Below, piece after piece: positions 19,455 through 36,785 of a stretch of 64,000 nucleotides of DNA. The number at the start of each line of letters is the position of its first letter. Position 1 is the stretch's first letter. The translations under genes were made by a program, and so were the position numbers. This DNA comes from the human T2T-CHM13v2.0 reference genome, Homo sapiens. The notes beneath the pieces were generated by a model. It was not told the origin of the DNA. It was given only the letters and a program-made list of their open reading frames with translations, and did not search any database. The DNA lies in NCBI RefSeq assembly GCF_009914755.1, contig NC_060931.1. One strand, given 5' to 3'.

Positions 19455-21347
19455 TGAACTTTCTTAAATTATCTAGCAGTGATAGTGGTACAGCCCAACC
19501 ACAGGGAACTTTGCCAGGTTTGACACATTGGGTTCCCAGACATATTTAATGTAATTTGTTTATGATATGGCTGTTAAACTATTGGATGAACAAAATCTTT
19601 GCAAGATAAAAGATTCCATTTGAATAATTGGAAACTTGTTCTCTAATAGTTATATTTGTTTTACAGTAAGGACTATGTTTTAGAGTGAGGTATAAGGTGC
19701 GTGCTTACTCCTGGTGATACCATCTGCACAGAGCTGGCTTAATTACTTTGTCTCTGAAATATTTATCTCAGTATGTCTGTATATCAATCTGTTACTTCAC
19801 ACTCTGAATATATGTATATTTTCCTGTGTTTCACCTGTTGGCATATCTTCTTAGCTAATGAGTGTGTGGCAGATTGTACTGTATACCCTTGTCCTGTGAG
19901 TGTTAACTATAACCATTCTCAGACAGGGACTGTAGCTACCTTATTCTCAGTTGACTCCTTTATTATTTTGTCTATAATAAAATTAAACAGTTTTGACCTA
20001 TAATGGTGCAGAAGTGATAATACCAGATATACTGCAAAGAAACAAAGAAAGATTAACAGTGACTATTTAAATGAAAATTTTAGAGAAGCTGAAGTCTCTT
20101 CTTGGAAACTGGTAGAGTATAGAAATTTAGCTTGAACTTTCTTTGAGGAAATGGTCCGGAAAGCACTGGATAAGAATCTACAAGCAGCAAGGCATAGCAT
20201 CATGGTTTGATGTTATGAAGGATGTCATACACATTATTGCAGAATGGCATCTTGGTCACTGTTATATGAATGGTACCTGGGAGGAACTATAGCTAGGTAC
20301 TAATATAACACTATGGGATTTTGCCAGAGAAAGGCACTGTGATGCACCTCTGTGAGGACTGTGCTGTAACAACCACATGTGGGTTTCATTCATTTAGCAC
20401 ACCCCTTTGCCAGAGCACATACTTGGCCCTCAGGGATAAAAAATCAGAAACTTGTCTTATAGTAGGATATATATTAAGTTAGTGTTTTATCGGAAGGTAT
20501 TTCCATATTAATTGGATATTTTAAAGCAAGTCATATTTGCGTATTTTATTTTAAGAAAATCTTATGACTTACTGACTTACTGATAATTATTTCTTCTTAA
20601 CTTCAGTGTTATCCAATTCAAAATTATTGGAGAGATGGGGCCTGTAGAGGCCTTAAGATTATTTTTTGTGCTGCCTTTGCCCTTTTTACTTTCTCTGGTT
20701 CTCAGGGGTTCAGGTGTGCTTTTTAGCAATGATAGAAGTAGCGAGTAGGCCTCTTAAATTCACAAACACACATATCCCTAACCCTCTCTAGTAGACATGG
20801 TAAAATAACTCTGTTACAGGCAACTTCCCTTTAGTCTTAGTCTGGAGAAGTAGCTTTTTCACTGTATTCTTTTAAAAGAGAAATTGTAGTTGCAGGAAGA
20901 AAAATGGAAGATTTTCCCTAAAAAATTGGTTTATTGTGCTTTCTCTGTTAATGTCCCCAGGCAAGAATTAGCAAATGAATGATTAATTCTACTGTTTGTG
21001 TATGCTTTGTTTCCAGAGTCAAAAGTTAAAATAGTCAAGCTTTATGCCTTAATCAGAGATGTTTCCACATGAAAGTTTAGGTTTGGTTTTTGAAGGTGAA
21101 ATATAACATATAGGATATTTGAATGACCTTATGCCATCACGCTATCATTTATGAATGGGTTCTTTAATTAAAACATTATTTCTTAGATATAAACAAGCTA
21201 TGGTAAGTTTCCAGGTACATAGAATAGAAACAGATGGAAAGTTTAAAGAGTTGATTTTTATCCTGACTCATTTTTGTCAAGTGATTATTTTTATTCATAT
21301 TTAGTATTTTTTAGGTATTTAAATTTTTCAGGCTATATTATTGTATA

Positions 21348-21471
21348 TTATTTATTTATTTATTTAGAGATGGGGTCTTGCTATGTTGTTCAGGCTGGAA
21401 TGCAGTGGCTATTCACAGGCATGATTATAGCGCACTACAGCCTTGAACTCTTGTGCTCAAGTGATTCTCCC
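21348..21471 (-). mobile_element. FAM (fossil Alu monomer) fragment
   Basis: gcagtggctattcacaggcatgattatagcgcactacagcc. Confidence 0.8.
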
Positions 21472-21593
21472 CTGTATAGTATTCATACTCATGCTATATA
21501 GCCTGGTTAGTAGAAAACTAATTACATTTGTTTTTCTTTGCTACTATTATTAACACTGTTGTCAGAGATATGTAGTTTAAAAAGTGAATTCTT

Positions 21594-21894
<301 letters not shown>

Positions 21895-22622
21895 GAATTA
21901 TTTATATTCCAATTCAATGTATTATTGCTGATAGTTACTTGAGTAACTTGAAGCTTCAAAGTATCAGAAGAGAATGTGTTTCATACTACTTGCTTATTTG
22001 TTGATTTATTTACTCATTTATTCATTCACTCATCTATCCATCCATCAAGTGTATATAGAGTACACTTGATGTACTCTATATACAGGTTTTGGGGTGATAG
22101 ATACAAAAAGATAAAGACCCTATCTTCAAGGACATGACAACGTGGTCTGAGTAGAAAAGCAAACAGTGATACAGTGTGTAAAGGAGCATAAAAGAGGTAT
22201 GGCCAGTGGCACTGGGAGTGCAATGGAGCTTTATTGAACAGAAGTATACGATCTGCTGGAGATAATTGTAGATCATTTTTCTACAGACACTAACCTTTGC
22301 TCATTTTATGTTTTTACATTGTAACTGATGAAAAATCATTTATTTTAAATACTTTTAAAATATTGAAGTCTAACATACACCAAATAAGTAACATACATGA
22401 ACATTTTTAAATAATTATTAGGAGAACCAGAATAATTATTAAGATAACTCTACCCAGGTATAGAACATTACCAGTATCCCACAATCCTCCAATGTACACT
22501 TTCCCTCCCCACTATTGGAAACAATCACCCTGACTTCTGTGATAATCAGTTCAGTGATTTTTCATTATAGTTTTATCACTTATATATCTATCCCTAAACA
22601 AAAGGTACATTTATTTCTCCCC

Positions 22623-22923
<301 letters not shown>

Positions 22924-23312
22924 TTTCTACCTCTTTTAAAATAATTGAATGTAGAATGGACTTGTGGATTTTTATTTATGTGATATTCACACTCAATTTC
23001 AATCATTTTTCTTTGTGATATTCAAATCTTTCTAAAGTTGGTTTATAGAAGCCCTTTTGATTTCTGTGTTTTTTTGACATGACCCTATTAATCTTTAAGT
23101 GCTTCTTTGTATTCTGGGACAGGAAGAGAGCCTTTTGCTTTCTGGGACAATCAGATTGACTTTTTATTATATCTTAGAATTGATTTCTAGTTTTTTATGG
23201 TGACTAGTTTATAGACTAATCTTTGTCTTCATTTCCCTATTTCAGTTGTTTATTATCATCTTAACTTATTATATTAAAAAATGCCAAAGACTGACAGCTA
23301 TCACTAGCCTTA

Positions 23313-23621
<309 letters not shown>

Positions 23622-24303
23622 ACTAGCCTTATTTTTAATCAAGTATTGAACCAACACACAAATCAGTGACAAGCATTTCAATTCTTTGACTTTTGGGAGG
23701 ATTGCTTTGCACATATTAATTAAATTGAGTGAAATATAAGATCTCAGAAATAGCTATTTTTAGAATGCCATGGTAGTTAACCATAGTAAGTTTGAGGTGA
23801 TAATCAGAATTTTAAAGAAACATTAGAATTCTAAAGGGGTAAGTTCTTACTCTTCCCAAGATTGAAACACTCTTAAAACTCACTAGTGAAATACTTAATC
23901 TGTTTTTCTCTCACAACTGAAAGACATTTGATCAGAGATAAGTGAACCTTAATCAGATTCAGCTTAGATCAGAGAAATGCTCTCTGTGTTCAAGCCACTC
24001 TTGACCATGTAGAGGAAACAAATATTTATCTGGTGATCTATAGTGCAAGATGGTATCCACCCAGGGAAAGAATGAACAATCTTGCCTGGTTAAAGGGCTT
24101 CTGATAAAGCTTCATAGAAAAATTGGTGTTTTTTGTGGGTTTCAAAGCTGTGTAAGATTTTGCTACAGCAGGTTATCTAAAGCAGAGGAAAGAGATGGAA
24201 CAAGGATATAGCGATATGAAAGTGCCCCCAGAGAATTATATGAAGTTCAGGGGGCTGGGGAGGGCTGGGAGGCTAAGATGCTTTGTTTGGTTGGGGCCTA
24301 GGG

Positions 24304-24355
24304 AAGGTGTTGGTGACTCCACTAACAAAGGTGTTAATGACTGCACTAACAAAGG
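24304..24355. repeat. 24-bp tandem duplication
   Basis: aaggtgttggtgactccactaaca / aaggtgttaatgactgcactaaca. Confidence 0.85.
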
Positions 24356-26121
24356 GGGACTTCATTTTGTTGGTAATGGAGGACTGTCAAGGTTTTTAAG
24401 TGAATGTTAACGTTAGTACGTTTTTCATAAAGATAACTTTGATAGCAGTATGGAAGTTTGATTAATCATGAAAATAGATACTTGATATGTTTTGAAATAT
24501 TGAATAAGAAGCCTACTTTGATTAGTGGTTTTGATTATCAAAATAATTCCTGATTTCCATAGGTAGTATTCGTTTTTAGGTCTACTGTAAGTGAAGATAT
24601 TGCTTACTTATTCATAAATTTTTTTTCTATAGCACATTTTGATAATGCTTTGGACTGAAAGTAACAAAAAAGTCTGACTCAAGTATCTTAAAAGGAGATT
24701 CATGATCTCGTATAACTGTAAATCCAAAGGTTGTACAGCCCCAAGTGTGACTCTAGCCATGCTGCTTTGTCATTCTTGGGTCCAGAAAAGACAAAAAGAC
24801 CACCTCTTCCTCTGACTCATTGTAGGGAAACGGAACCTTTTCACCAAAACTTCAGAGGTCTCGTTGGCTAGAACTGGGTCAAAACTCCTCTTAAACCTTG
24901 GTAAAGTAAAAGGTACCTCTGTGATTAGTTGATACTAGTCAGGATCACCGCAGAACTGAGGTGAGTTCGCCTTTCCCCGTATCATATAGGAGAAGAGAGG
25001 ATCACTGACCAAACAAGGAATCTATTGGCTAGTGGCGCATGGGGTGGATATTGGAGAGATAGCTAGAGGGTCTGCCAAAGAGAATTTTGGTAAAGGTAAC
25101 CTTGAGGAATAAATAGACTTGAGTGCTACTGTGATACTGCTGCTGAGTTCATTCCACAGCCTTGCTGAAAAGAGAACCCTCTAACTACTAAATGTACACC
25201 CCTTTACACTTGATCCAACAGGTGCTCCCTTTATCAAAAATAATGAGGCATGTAACAGTAAAACCTGGGAATTTTTATTGAATTTTATTCATTGGTAATC
25301 TTTATACATCTTATTATTCAACCCTAATGATATCTGTAATAAATTGCTTTAAATTTTTTTCATTTTAGTAACTTATGCTGTAAATAGAAGAATAATTCAA
25401 TTAGAGGTATTGAATGTCAGATTGCACAATAATAGCCCTGGGCACACTGTGAAATTCATTTCTTCAGCTGACTTACTCTGGACACCACCTGAACTTATAG
25501 CTTCCTTCTGTCAGAAAGTCAGTATGCCTCAGGCCATTCTAAAGGTCCTTCCAGCACCTTACCTGTCATGTGCATTCTCTTCTTCCCTCTGCTGTGCAGT
25601 GTGGTCACCCTGATATCTTGGTTCTGTTGATTACCTCTTCTCTGATAAATCAATCCATGAAGATAAATTGGCTGGTTCTATCCCCCTTCTCAGTCCGTGT
25701 ATGTGACTTTTTAGAGATCTTCTTGCCTCTTTGGGGTAACTCAAAGGATTGACTCCAATAGGTGGTATTTTAGGACAGGGCAGGATTTTGAGCACTGTGA
25801 TATCTCTTAAACTTCACTGTTGAAAAAGCAATATATACACAGAACTAGCCCTACTCAAAGAGTTATTTGAGCCCATGAATTCATATTTACACGACTTCTC
25901 AGAGAGATTCCACATATTCAAGCAACAATCATTTAGAGAGAAAACAAAATCAGCTTATTAATAAATAATAAAATTGTTTATAATCAATAATAATAATCAT
26001 GAAAGTGTCTGAATTTCCTGATATAAAGAATACACTAAAAACCCTCTTTTTACAAAAATTATATTGTGGCTTTGTGTTAATTGAAGTCTCTTTCACATTG
26101 TGAAAATAGTTACTGTCATTC

Positions 26122-26417
<296 letters not shown>

Positions 26418-26782
26418 TAGTTACTGTCATTCTTTAGCCAAACTTTGACTATGCAGATCTGATAGCCTTGTTGTCACTTGAGTAACCTTTTTCTCCATTA
26501 CTTTTTCCCTTTCTGGATCTAATTTTGATGTGGGTCTAATTCATATCTCTTCTTTTTAAAGTGTTCTTTTTTTTTTCTGATCCCACCCTGATTCCTCCTG
26601 TAGCTTATAGCTCAGATTATAACAGACAACAAAGCTTAATAGAGGTCACAGAAACTTCCAGTTCTCACTTTGCTGTGTACCTTGCATTTAAAGTGTGTAA
26701 TCACAGAAACTGCCTAGTTAATCACACAAGTAGGTCTTCTTCAATGCCCATGTGGTGAAATGGCTTTGAAACAGCTTTCTAG

Positions 26783-27067
<285 letters not shown>

Positions 27068-27487
27068 TTAACTGGTAACACATAGCTATGGATATGAATA
27101 CCAAAGGATTTAGAGAAATAACAGATGTTAATCTATCCTTCCCTCTGCAAAAATGATATTGGGAATCTCAGTGCCTGGATGGAGTGGCATAGGATTTTCT
27201 TTCATGAACACCGTTGATTGCTGCTGGGCAGTGTCTAGAAGGACTTTCCTTTTGATATCCCTTTCCAAAGCTAACACAGGCCATAAATTAGCCTGCAAAC
27301 CCAAGGACATCTTACCTTTTGTGACAGGTTATCCCAGCCATGCAAAGTTAGTTTCCACCATGTCTTCCTCATTTAACTGTTTTCCTAGCCTAGTGGTTTC
27401 AATCCTGGCTACACATTATAATAACCTGGGGAATTTTAAAAACTACGAATACCTGGGTCCCTTCCTACTCCCATAGACCAAATGGTG

Positions 27488-27665
27488 CAGTGGTTTTCCA
27501 GAGTGGTCCCTGGGACCAGCGGCATCATCGTGGGAAACTTGTTAGAAATGCACATTCAAGGTTCTCACCCAGACCTACTGAATCAGAATCGCTGATGGAT
27601 GTGACCTAAAAAACTGTGCTTTTAGAAGCTCTCTGGGTTATTTGGTTCAAATTTGAGAACCACTG
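27488..27665. mobile_element. MER5A MITE (preceded by a MER5B-like piece from about 27390)
   Basis: cagtggtttt...gagaaccactg terminal inverted repeats; cttgttagaaatgca, cagacctactgaatcagaa. Confidence 0.8.
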
Positions 27666-28201
27666 ATCTAATGTTTTTCTGCATGACATTCACCTGCTAT
27701 AGTTTTTTCTCACTATCTTGATGTAGTCCAAACCTCAACCCTGCACCGATATGTCACTCATTCCCTTACAGATATTTGAATAGGAATGTTTTTAAATTTC
27801 AATAATTAAAAACTGTTCTCACTCATATTCTAATAAAGATAGTATCTTCTGGATAAATCCCATTGAAAACCATGACCAGATGTTTGTTTGTTCTAAACAT
27901 GTTTGGCCATTATGAATTACATCAAAGAAGATTCCTGCTGAGCCCTCTGTAACTTTCTGTGACCTGAGATATTGCACTCTTGATCTGGAAATTTGTTAAT
28001 TAGCTACTCAGTCAGTCACTGTAGGTTTATTTTGCAGTAATAGGGACACGGCCGTGCACCAGGTTATTGGGATTTTAGATCCAGTAGGAGGCACAACTTT
28101 CTAGAAGTTTGTAATCATGGGGGCAGGAAAGACAGCTCAACAGGAAACCTCCGGCAGTAGATTGTGCTGGTTGGCTGGTTAATGTACTGTGTACTTTGTG
28201 A

Positions 28202-28545
28202 TGTCTTAGTTCAGGCTGCCATAACAAAAATACCATAAGGACTGGGTAGCTTAAAAACAGAAATGTATTCCTTACAGATCCAAAGGCTGAGGAGTCCAAG
28301 ATCAAGGCTGATTCTGTCTTATTGAGGGCCTTCTTCCTAGTTTGCAGATAGCTACCTTCTTGCTGTACCCTTGGATGACAGAGAGAAAGATAGTTTTTCA
28401 TGTCTCTTCTTATAAGAGCGTGAATTCTAATCTACTCTCATGACCTAATCACCTCCCAAAGTCCCCAGCTCCTCATATAATCACATTGGAGGTTAGGATT
28501 TCCACATCTGAATTTGAGGGGGAGACAAGCATTCAGTTCATAACA
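28202..28545 (-). mobile_element. MLT1A-like solo LTR
   Basis: tgtcttagttcaggctgccataacaaaaatacc...cattcagttcataaca. Confidence 0.8.
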
Positions 28546-28697
28546 CTGAAGGGAATATTATTGGGACATGCAGCCTGCCAAAGTGATCAGTGCAAGAGTT
28601 CATATAGAAAAAGGTTTACCCCATAAATTCTGGGATCACGATACCTTGTATTTGTTGTGCCAATTATAGATATTTGTTAGATGGTATCTATCAACAT

Positions 28698-28950
28698 GAG
28701 AGGCAGTGTTACCAAATTGGTTCGCAGCATAGTCTTTGTAGCCAGGGTGCCTGGCTCTATACTATTTACTAACTGTGTGATCTTGGGCAAGTCAGTTAAC
28801 TGCTCATTGCCTAGATTTATCCACTTGTAAAACAGGAGTGGCAACAGTGCCTGTTTTATTGGGTAGTTGGCAGGTTTAATGAGTTAATGCATATGAAACA
28901 CCCAAAACAGTGCTTGGCATGTGGAGGTGCTCAGTGTGTTTAGTTATTAT
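28698..28950 (+). mobile_element. MIR
   Basis: MIR core ctgtgtgatcttgggcaagtcagttaac..tgtaaaacagg. Confidence 0.75.
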
Positions 28951-29762
28951 TATCTAACAGATGCCCTTTCCTTTAAAGGGTTGCCATGAGGTCACCTGTC
29001 TTGAAGGAACTGTTTAACTCTGAAAACTTTAGGACTGAAAGGGAGTTAGGCAGTGAGATTACTATTGGAGTTTGTTTGTTCGTTAAAAGCATATCTAATA
29101 AGGTTTTACTAAAAGTTTCAAAGCCGTATTCATGTTTATTAACTTGGTAAACCTACTGACCATATTTAAAAAACAGAAATAAATAGTTCTGAATCTCTTC
29201 AGTGCAATTTAAAAACCCCCAAAGCTCTGAAAGCAGTAACATTTTGTAAACTTGGAGCTCCTCATTTGGCAATAAAAGCCTCACTTAATACGCATGAATT
29301 AGTTTTGTATTGCTGCTGTTAACTTTAGCTGCTTAAACCAATACACATTTATTATCTCATAGTTTCCATGGGTCAGAAGTCTGGGTACAGTGAAGCTCAG
29401 GTGGATTCTCTGCATAGAGTCTCACAGGCCTAAGTCATCTGGTCTACGCTTCTTTGTAGAGGCTCTGGAGAAGAATCTACTTCCAAGCCTTTTTAGGTTG
29501 TTGGCACAATTCAGTTCCTTGAGATTATAGCTGAGGCTCCCACTCCCTTGCTGGCTGTTGGCCCTGGATTGTTGCAGGCGCTGCCTGCATTCCCTGGGTG
29601 GTGATCCCCTTCCTCCACTTTCAAAGGCAACAGTGGTCAGTCAGGTCCTTCACAGGCTTTGAATCTCTCAAACCTCCCATTTTGCCTCATCTCTCTTCTG
29701 CTCTTATTCCACCATATCTTTCCCACCAAGTCTTCTGCCTTCCTCTTCTGCTTCTAAGGGCT

Positions 29763-30645
<883 letters not shown>

Positions 30646-31783
30646 GAGAGTCTCCCTATTTTAAAGTCAGCTGGTTAGTACCCCTGATTCCATCTGCAAA
30701 GTCTCTTCGTGCAGCACCCAAATCAGTGTTTGATTGAATAGGGAATAGGAATCTTGGGGGACATCTTGAGAATTCTGCCTACCGTAATACATTAGACTAT
30801 TTATAGTCTTTACTTATCCCACTTAGCATGAACATCATTTGGTACAGAAATATTAATATGTTTGATTAAAAGTTGTTATCCTTCATTCTGCTGGGAGCAT
30901 TGTGTAATATATGATGTGTGCATATCATTACCTTTCTAAAATTAAACAATTTCTCAACTCCAAAACACATCTGGCCCCGGGGTTGTTGAAGAGATTGTGG
31001 ACACATTATAAAAAGTTACTGGTGAAAGATATTTTTGAAAGCATTTATTTTATATTTTAAAATACTGTGAAGTGGTACATGTGTAGCACCCACTACTTGA
31101 GAGAAAGTATGTTAGTGTGCTCTCCAGATTTAAATTTAGAGAACTAAAAGGGATATGGGAGACAGACTCATTATTTTAAAGATTCAGAAAAAGGTATCAA
31201 TGTTACAGATAAGAAGGGAAAAAGATGGAAGATAACATTTATGAAACAGTATACTATTCACCTTATACACAATCACACAACATAGCTGTGTGTGGGTGTA
31301 TGTGTCATTTAATCCTTATGATCTATGTGGGGTGTTATTTTCCCCATTTTACATGTGCTGGAATCAAGAATCGGAGACTCATTTGCCAAGGGTCACATGG
31401 CTAGTTAGCATGTGGAACTGGAATTTGAACTTTGTTCTGACTTTAAAAATCTGCTTTCTCTATTCATCGAAGAATGGTGGCAGATCTGGGATTTCAACTC
31501 TAATCTTCTGTGTCACCCTAAAAACACCCAGATAGTTGTTTTTAATACATAATTACAGATTTACAAGTACCTTTTGAAATATTTGCAACATTTTAAAACT
31601 TAGAGGGGAAACTTACGATGCTTATTCTGTTATCAGAATTGATTTGGATTTATGATATCAGTTATACGGGATTAAAATTTTCCATTATTTCAGGATCTTT
31701 TAAAAAATTATTTAAACCTTAAGATTAGATTCTCAATTGAATATTTTATCCTCGGATAAATTCTTTATTAAAAATTATTTGCC

Positions 31784-31958
31784 AGCTTGGTGCAGTGGCA
31801 CATACTTGTAGTTCCAGCTATTTGAGAGGCTGAGGTCGAAGGAGACTTGAGACCAGGAGCTCCAGGCTGTAGTGTTCCATAATTGCACCTGTGAATTAGA
31901 CATTGTGCTCCAGCCTGGGCAATATAGTGAGAGCACATCTCTAAAAAAAAAAAAAAAA
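31784..31958 (+). mobile_element. FAM monomer
   Basis: ataattgcacctgtgaattagacattgtgctccagcc; TSD aaaaattatt(t)tgcca. Confidence 0.8.
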
Positions 31959-33100
31959 ATTATTTGCCATAAAATTCCATCTCTCAAAATGACAGAGTTT
32001 ACCAATATGACATTCATTATTAAATGCTGGAAATAATATATTTTCCAATAGTGGAATATGTCTACATTCAGTGTTAAGTAATCTCTCATTATTCTTTAGA
32101 TATCTAGTTTGTTATTCCTTCTATATAAAATATTCTCTTTTGAAAAATAAACAGCTCCCCTGCTGTTTTATGTTTAAACTCCTCCTCACTGTTTTGGTCT
32201 CTGTTTTCTCCATGTAGTAAAGTGTTGACAGCAACAGTACAGAGAGATAAAAATATACATCAATTAGAGCAGCAAATCACAGTATAGAAGCTAAGTATTT
32301 TAGTTATGGCATGAGAAACACAGCTGTAATAAGTGTCTCAATAGGAATTTCTTTTGAATTGTTGCTAAAATTGTATTTCATTGTTTTTTATTTTATGATT
32401 GTCCTAGTGGATTAAAAAAACTGGAATAGGCATGCATATTCAGGATTGTGCATCATTTTGAAAAATAAATATGAAGTAAAGACTAGTTATTTTACTAATG
32501 TCTTCATTCTGTTTCTTTATTCTGTTTTTATAGCCACAAAGACAATATTCTAGTTTTGCATTATTTATTATAATAAATTTTTTAAAATCTTGGTTTTTCA
32601 GGACCAACTTTATGGTTCAACAAAATAAATTACAGCTTATATAACATTAATTCCTTAACAAAAATAACATTACAAATGAAGCTCTGAGATGGATACCAGT
32701 ACTGATGATGAGAATATGAATATTTTTCCATTTAGACTGAAGCTTAGGAAAATTCATATTTTTTTCAGCAGGAATGAATACAATTTTATTAACTTATATG
32801 CTAGGAAGTAAAGAAGTGGAATGACTAAGAGGAGAGAACTAGGCTTTGTTTTCACCTTGGCCTTGAGGAAGGTTTCTGTCCATTTCTTTTGTTTGCTGTT
32901 TATGGTTTGCTTTTGTTTTATAGACAAATTCCAGCTCAGGCACTATGATTGCATTATCATGCAATTGTTTCTATCTTTTGGGGCTAAGAAGAATTGAGAT
33001 TGGTTAGATTTTATGTGATATCCTCCCAAAAAGTTACCTCATACTCTGGTACATCTGTCTTTCAGACAAAAGGTATAGAAACACATGCAGGAAAATAGTA

Positions 33101-33417
33101 TACAGGTTAAATATTTCTTATCCAAAATGCTTGGGGACAGAAGTGTTTGGATTTTAAATTTTTTCAGATTTTGGAAGATTTGCATATATATAATGAGATA
33201 TCTTGGAAATAGCACCCAATTCTAAACGTGAAATTCATTTATATGTACCTTACAAACATAACCTGAAGGTAATTTTATACAATCATTTTGATAGTTTTGT
33301 GCATGGAACAAAGTTTGTGTTAAGCATTTTCATGTGGAATTTTACACTTGTAGTATCATGTTGGCATTCAAAAAGTTTTGAATTTTGGATTTTAGGGTTA
33401 GGAATGCTCAATCTGCA
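33101..33417. mobile_element. Tigger4b/MER46B-like MITE
   Basis: tacaggttaaatatt...atgctcaatctgca terminal inverted repeats; ccaaaatgcttgggga. Confidence 0.75.
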
Positions 33418-36400
33418 TAAGCTTTTGGCCAAGACAGTATGAAAAGCAGTAGAAACTCAAAAGCTAATATTGAGGAATAAGTAATTATCTCTTATTTAGA
33501 GATCTGGTATATCATTGTCTCTTGAGAATGGGATCAAGGCTCCCTAATTTTATAGGCCTGTGTTTATATCTGGGGAGTGTGCTTATTCCAAAATGAGAGG
33601 ATGGCATTTTGAGGTTTAAGGTCAGAACTGATTGTGGCCCACTGTGTGCTGCCACTTCATAACTTTGTTTTTAGGATAGTGGTTATTTCCTCCTTGGCAT
33701 GGTGGCCTAATAATGCCTATAATTCTCCTGTTACTAGCAGGTGAGAACTAGCAAGGTGAGACAAGCAGGAGCAAGCATACTGGAAGTTTCTATAACATGT
33801 TTATAGGAAAGTAAAACTTAAGATTGAGTAGGGATATAAAAGACCCAGGCTTGAGTTGCAGCTCTGTAATTTACTAGTTACATAACCATGGCCATGCTGT
33901 GTCATCTCTCTGGAGGTCAGGGTTTTTTTTTACTTTAAAATGGCAAATGTTCTTGTTCTGCTTGACCTGGCAGAGTTGTTGCAAAAGCCTAATGTTATAA
34001 ACTTTGCCAAGTAGTCAAATATGATGCATATCATTTGGGAATCTTTCAGTTGCAAATAACAAAAATTTAACTCAAATTTGCAAAAGAAAAAGGAATTTAT
34101 TGACTTGTGACGGAAATCCAGCGTAGTTCTGGTTTTTGGTCTCTAGGACTCTGTTGCTCTCTATCTTTAGTTTCTAGCTCAATGTGTCTGGCTAGGATAC
34201 CTTCAAGCATCATTTCAGTAGGGAGGACTGCCCGCCTCTGTCCTAGTGTATCACTGAGTCTCACTGTCTGGAACCAGCTTCGAGTGAATCACAGGCCCAT
34301 TCCTGTGGCATCCTAACCAGGAAATATGGCATGGCCCTTGGCTGAGACTGGGTGCACGCACACTGGGAGCTGGGTGTGGAATCCATCCCTCCCAAACCAT
34401 GTGAGCTGAATGTGAGGGAGGGGTGATTTCCCCTTTACCAGCATCAGGGAATACGATGCCACAAGAACAGCTGATCACTAAACAAGATACTGTTATTTCT
34501 TTCTCTGTGACAAAAATGTTTAATGGCTTAAAAGGAAAGAATAAATAATAGTTGGTGGGCATTCATAAAGTAAAGAAAGAATCATATTTCAAAGGGAGAT
34601 TATATTTAATAAGCCAGAGAGGAAAAAGACCAGAAATTTAATGAGGACAGATCAGTACAAGGATCTGGGTGAAGAAGAACCTTTTCCTTTATGCACCTTG
34701 GAGGAGAGTCATCATAGTTAGTGATACTAACCTCCACTGTATTGGGTGACCATTTTATAAGACTGTTTTCACTTCCTCCTTGATCCTGACCCAAGACATA
34801 ATTCATTTTTAAGAAGGCTGGCCTCAGTCTAAAGGAATGGGATTAGGAAAACTTCATGCTTAGATGAAGTAAGAGGATGTAATTTGTGAAGTGTTAGAAC
34901 CTTAGTAAAAACTGGCAATTCTTTGTCAGAAATGTATATGTTATTGTCAGAAAAGTAGCTACACAAATTGTGAAATGAATTCTGTTTTTCAGTGACTAAC
35001 TGGGATCAGAATAAAAAGAGTTGAAGCAGGGAAAATTATGAAAACGCTAATAAAATTTTATCTGGGAAAGGCAGACAGCTGCAGGAGGCATGTTGTTGCT
35101 GCCCCTGAGGAGAGCAGGGAATCATAGGAGATCTGGAATAAAAAAACTTAAAAGGAAGAAAGTTAAACAGCTAAAACTCAGGAAATAAGCTGTCAATTTA
35201 AAATTGCCCTCTTTGTTCCAGAAACTTTATATTCATTATCTCATTTAAACCTCATGATAATTCTATTTTACAAATGAGGAAACTCAGGCTTAGAGGAGTT
35301 AAATAACTTGCTCAGGGTTCTACAATTGCTTAATATAAGAAGTGGGGCTTTAACTGGGAATCAAGAGGCTCAGTGGTGCTGCTGCTGCTGCAACTCAGGT
35401 ATTCCCTGAAACTTATTAGAAAATAGAGTGAATTTTATACATTTAGGTTCTCCCCCCAAATTTGATGTATCCTGAGAGAATCACACTGAATTTTTTTTCA
35501 AAAGACAGAATTACATGTCAGAATTAAGAAAGATATTGTGAAATATTTAGCTATTTCAAATTTGGGAAGCAAAGAGAAGACAGATTTCAATCTCCAAATG
35601 GAGGGCAGGGAATCTTGTTCTTTAAGAAAAGGAAACTCTGAGTCAAAAGACGAGTATTTTCAGAAACCTTAAAAAAACTTGTCACTGTTGAATGGCAACT
35701 GGTATTTCTTGAGATGATTTTAAATGTTCCTAAAAAAAGTTTCTAAGGCCAGAAAAGTTTGGGAAAAGCTCTGCATTATATCTGCCTCTTGGACTCATAT
35801 ATAGACGAACATATGGAACCAGGGAAATTGCCCTTGCTCTACCGAGTCTCAAGTGAGCACTCAGGAATGAACTGGCTTGTTACTGGTTACTTGCACCTGG
35901 TGGAAAAGTACACTCAAGGCCTGACTCTGCAGAACAGTTAGGAGGATCTCAAAAGAAAGATATTTAAAAAGACCTGAAAATCTAAATGGATCTTTAACCA
36001 TGTAAGCAGAAGCGTCAGTAGCTGGAGCCTTCTTGGGGATTTGAAGTCCTGGGAAGCTGACTTCCTTTCTTGGGAGTACTGCTGCATTGCCTGCACTAAG
36101 AGGCTTCTTCAGGCAGTGGAGACCTGTAACCATTTTCCTGTAATTTGGTACCTGTTAGTCTATCAGCTCAGTGACAAATGCCCACATGTTAAAAGCTCTG
36201 AGAACTCCTAAGATGAAGAAACTTGCTTAATGCAGCATTTCATAAACTTCCTTGGTCATTTGCTTTTAGCATCTTTTGGACCATAGTTAGGGGAATAAGG
36301 CTCAAGATATGACCAGGGTCAGATTATTACCTTTGAGGGCCAAAGTACTGAAGAGAGAATGGTGGCTTTGCCAAATGTAACTCAAAATAATAGAACACTA

Positions 36401-36454
36401 CATTATAAACTAAGTTAAAGAAGTCTCACAAGGTTCTAATTTTCTAAATGATGA

Positions 36455-36785
36455 AAGCACTTAGCATTTACCATGCCAGGCACTGTTCCAAGAACTTCCA
36501 ATATATAAATGTGTTCAAAACTCACAAAAAGCTTAAGTAAATTGTGTAAGGCCACCCCTGGAATATGTGCTAGAACTGAGATTCAGAAAGAGACAGTTTG
36601 AGGCCAGAAAACTGAAAAATTTATTTCAGCTTTTCACATTATTAGTAATGTAAATTTTGTGGATTTTAGTCAAATTTGGGAAAACCTCTGTCATAATGCA
36701 CTCTAAGATTTTATGGCATTTCAAGTTTTGAGGGGACAGTGAATGATCTTAAATACTCTTAAACAATATGTATTTTGCCTCTCAG
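36455..36785 (-). mobile_element. MIR interrupted by a 146-bp copied segment
   Basis: ccatgccaggcactgttc..gctagaactgagattcag..ggccaga, resuming at ctcttaaacaatatg..gcctctc. Confidence 0.65.
36614..36759 (+). repeat. Direct copy of 40982-41130
   Basis: About 4 substitutions and one 3-bp indel over about 148 bp. Confidence 0.95.
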
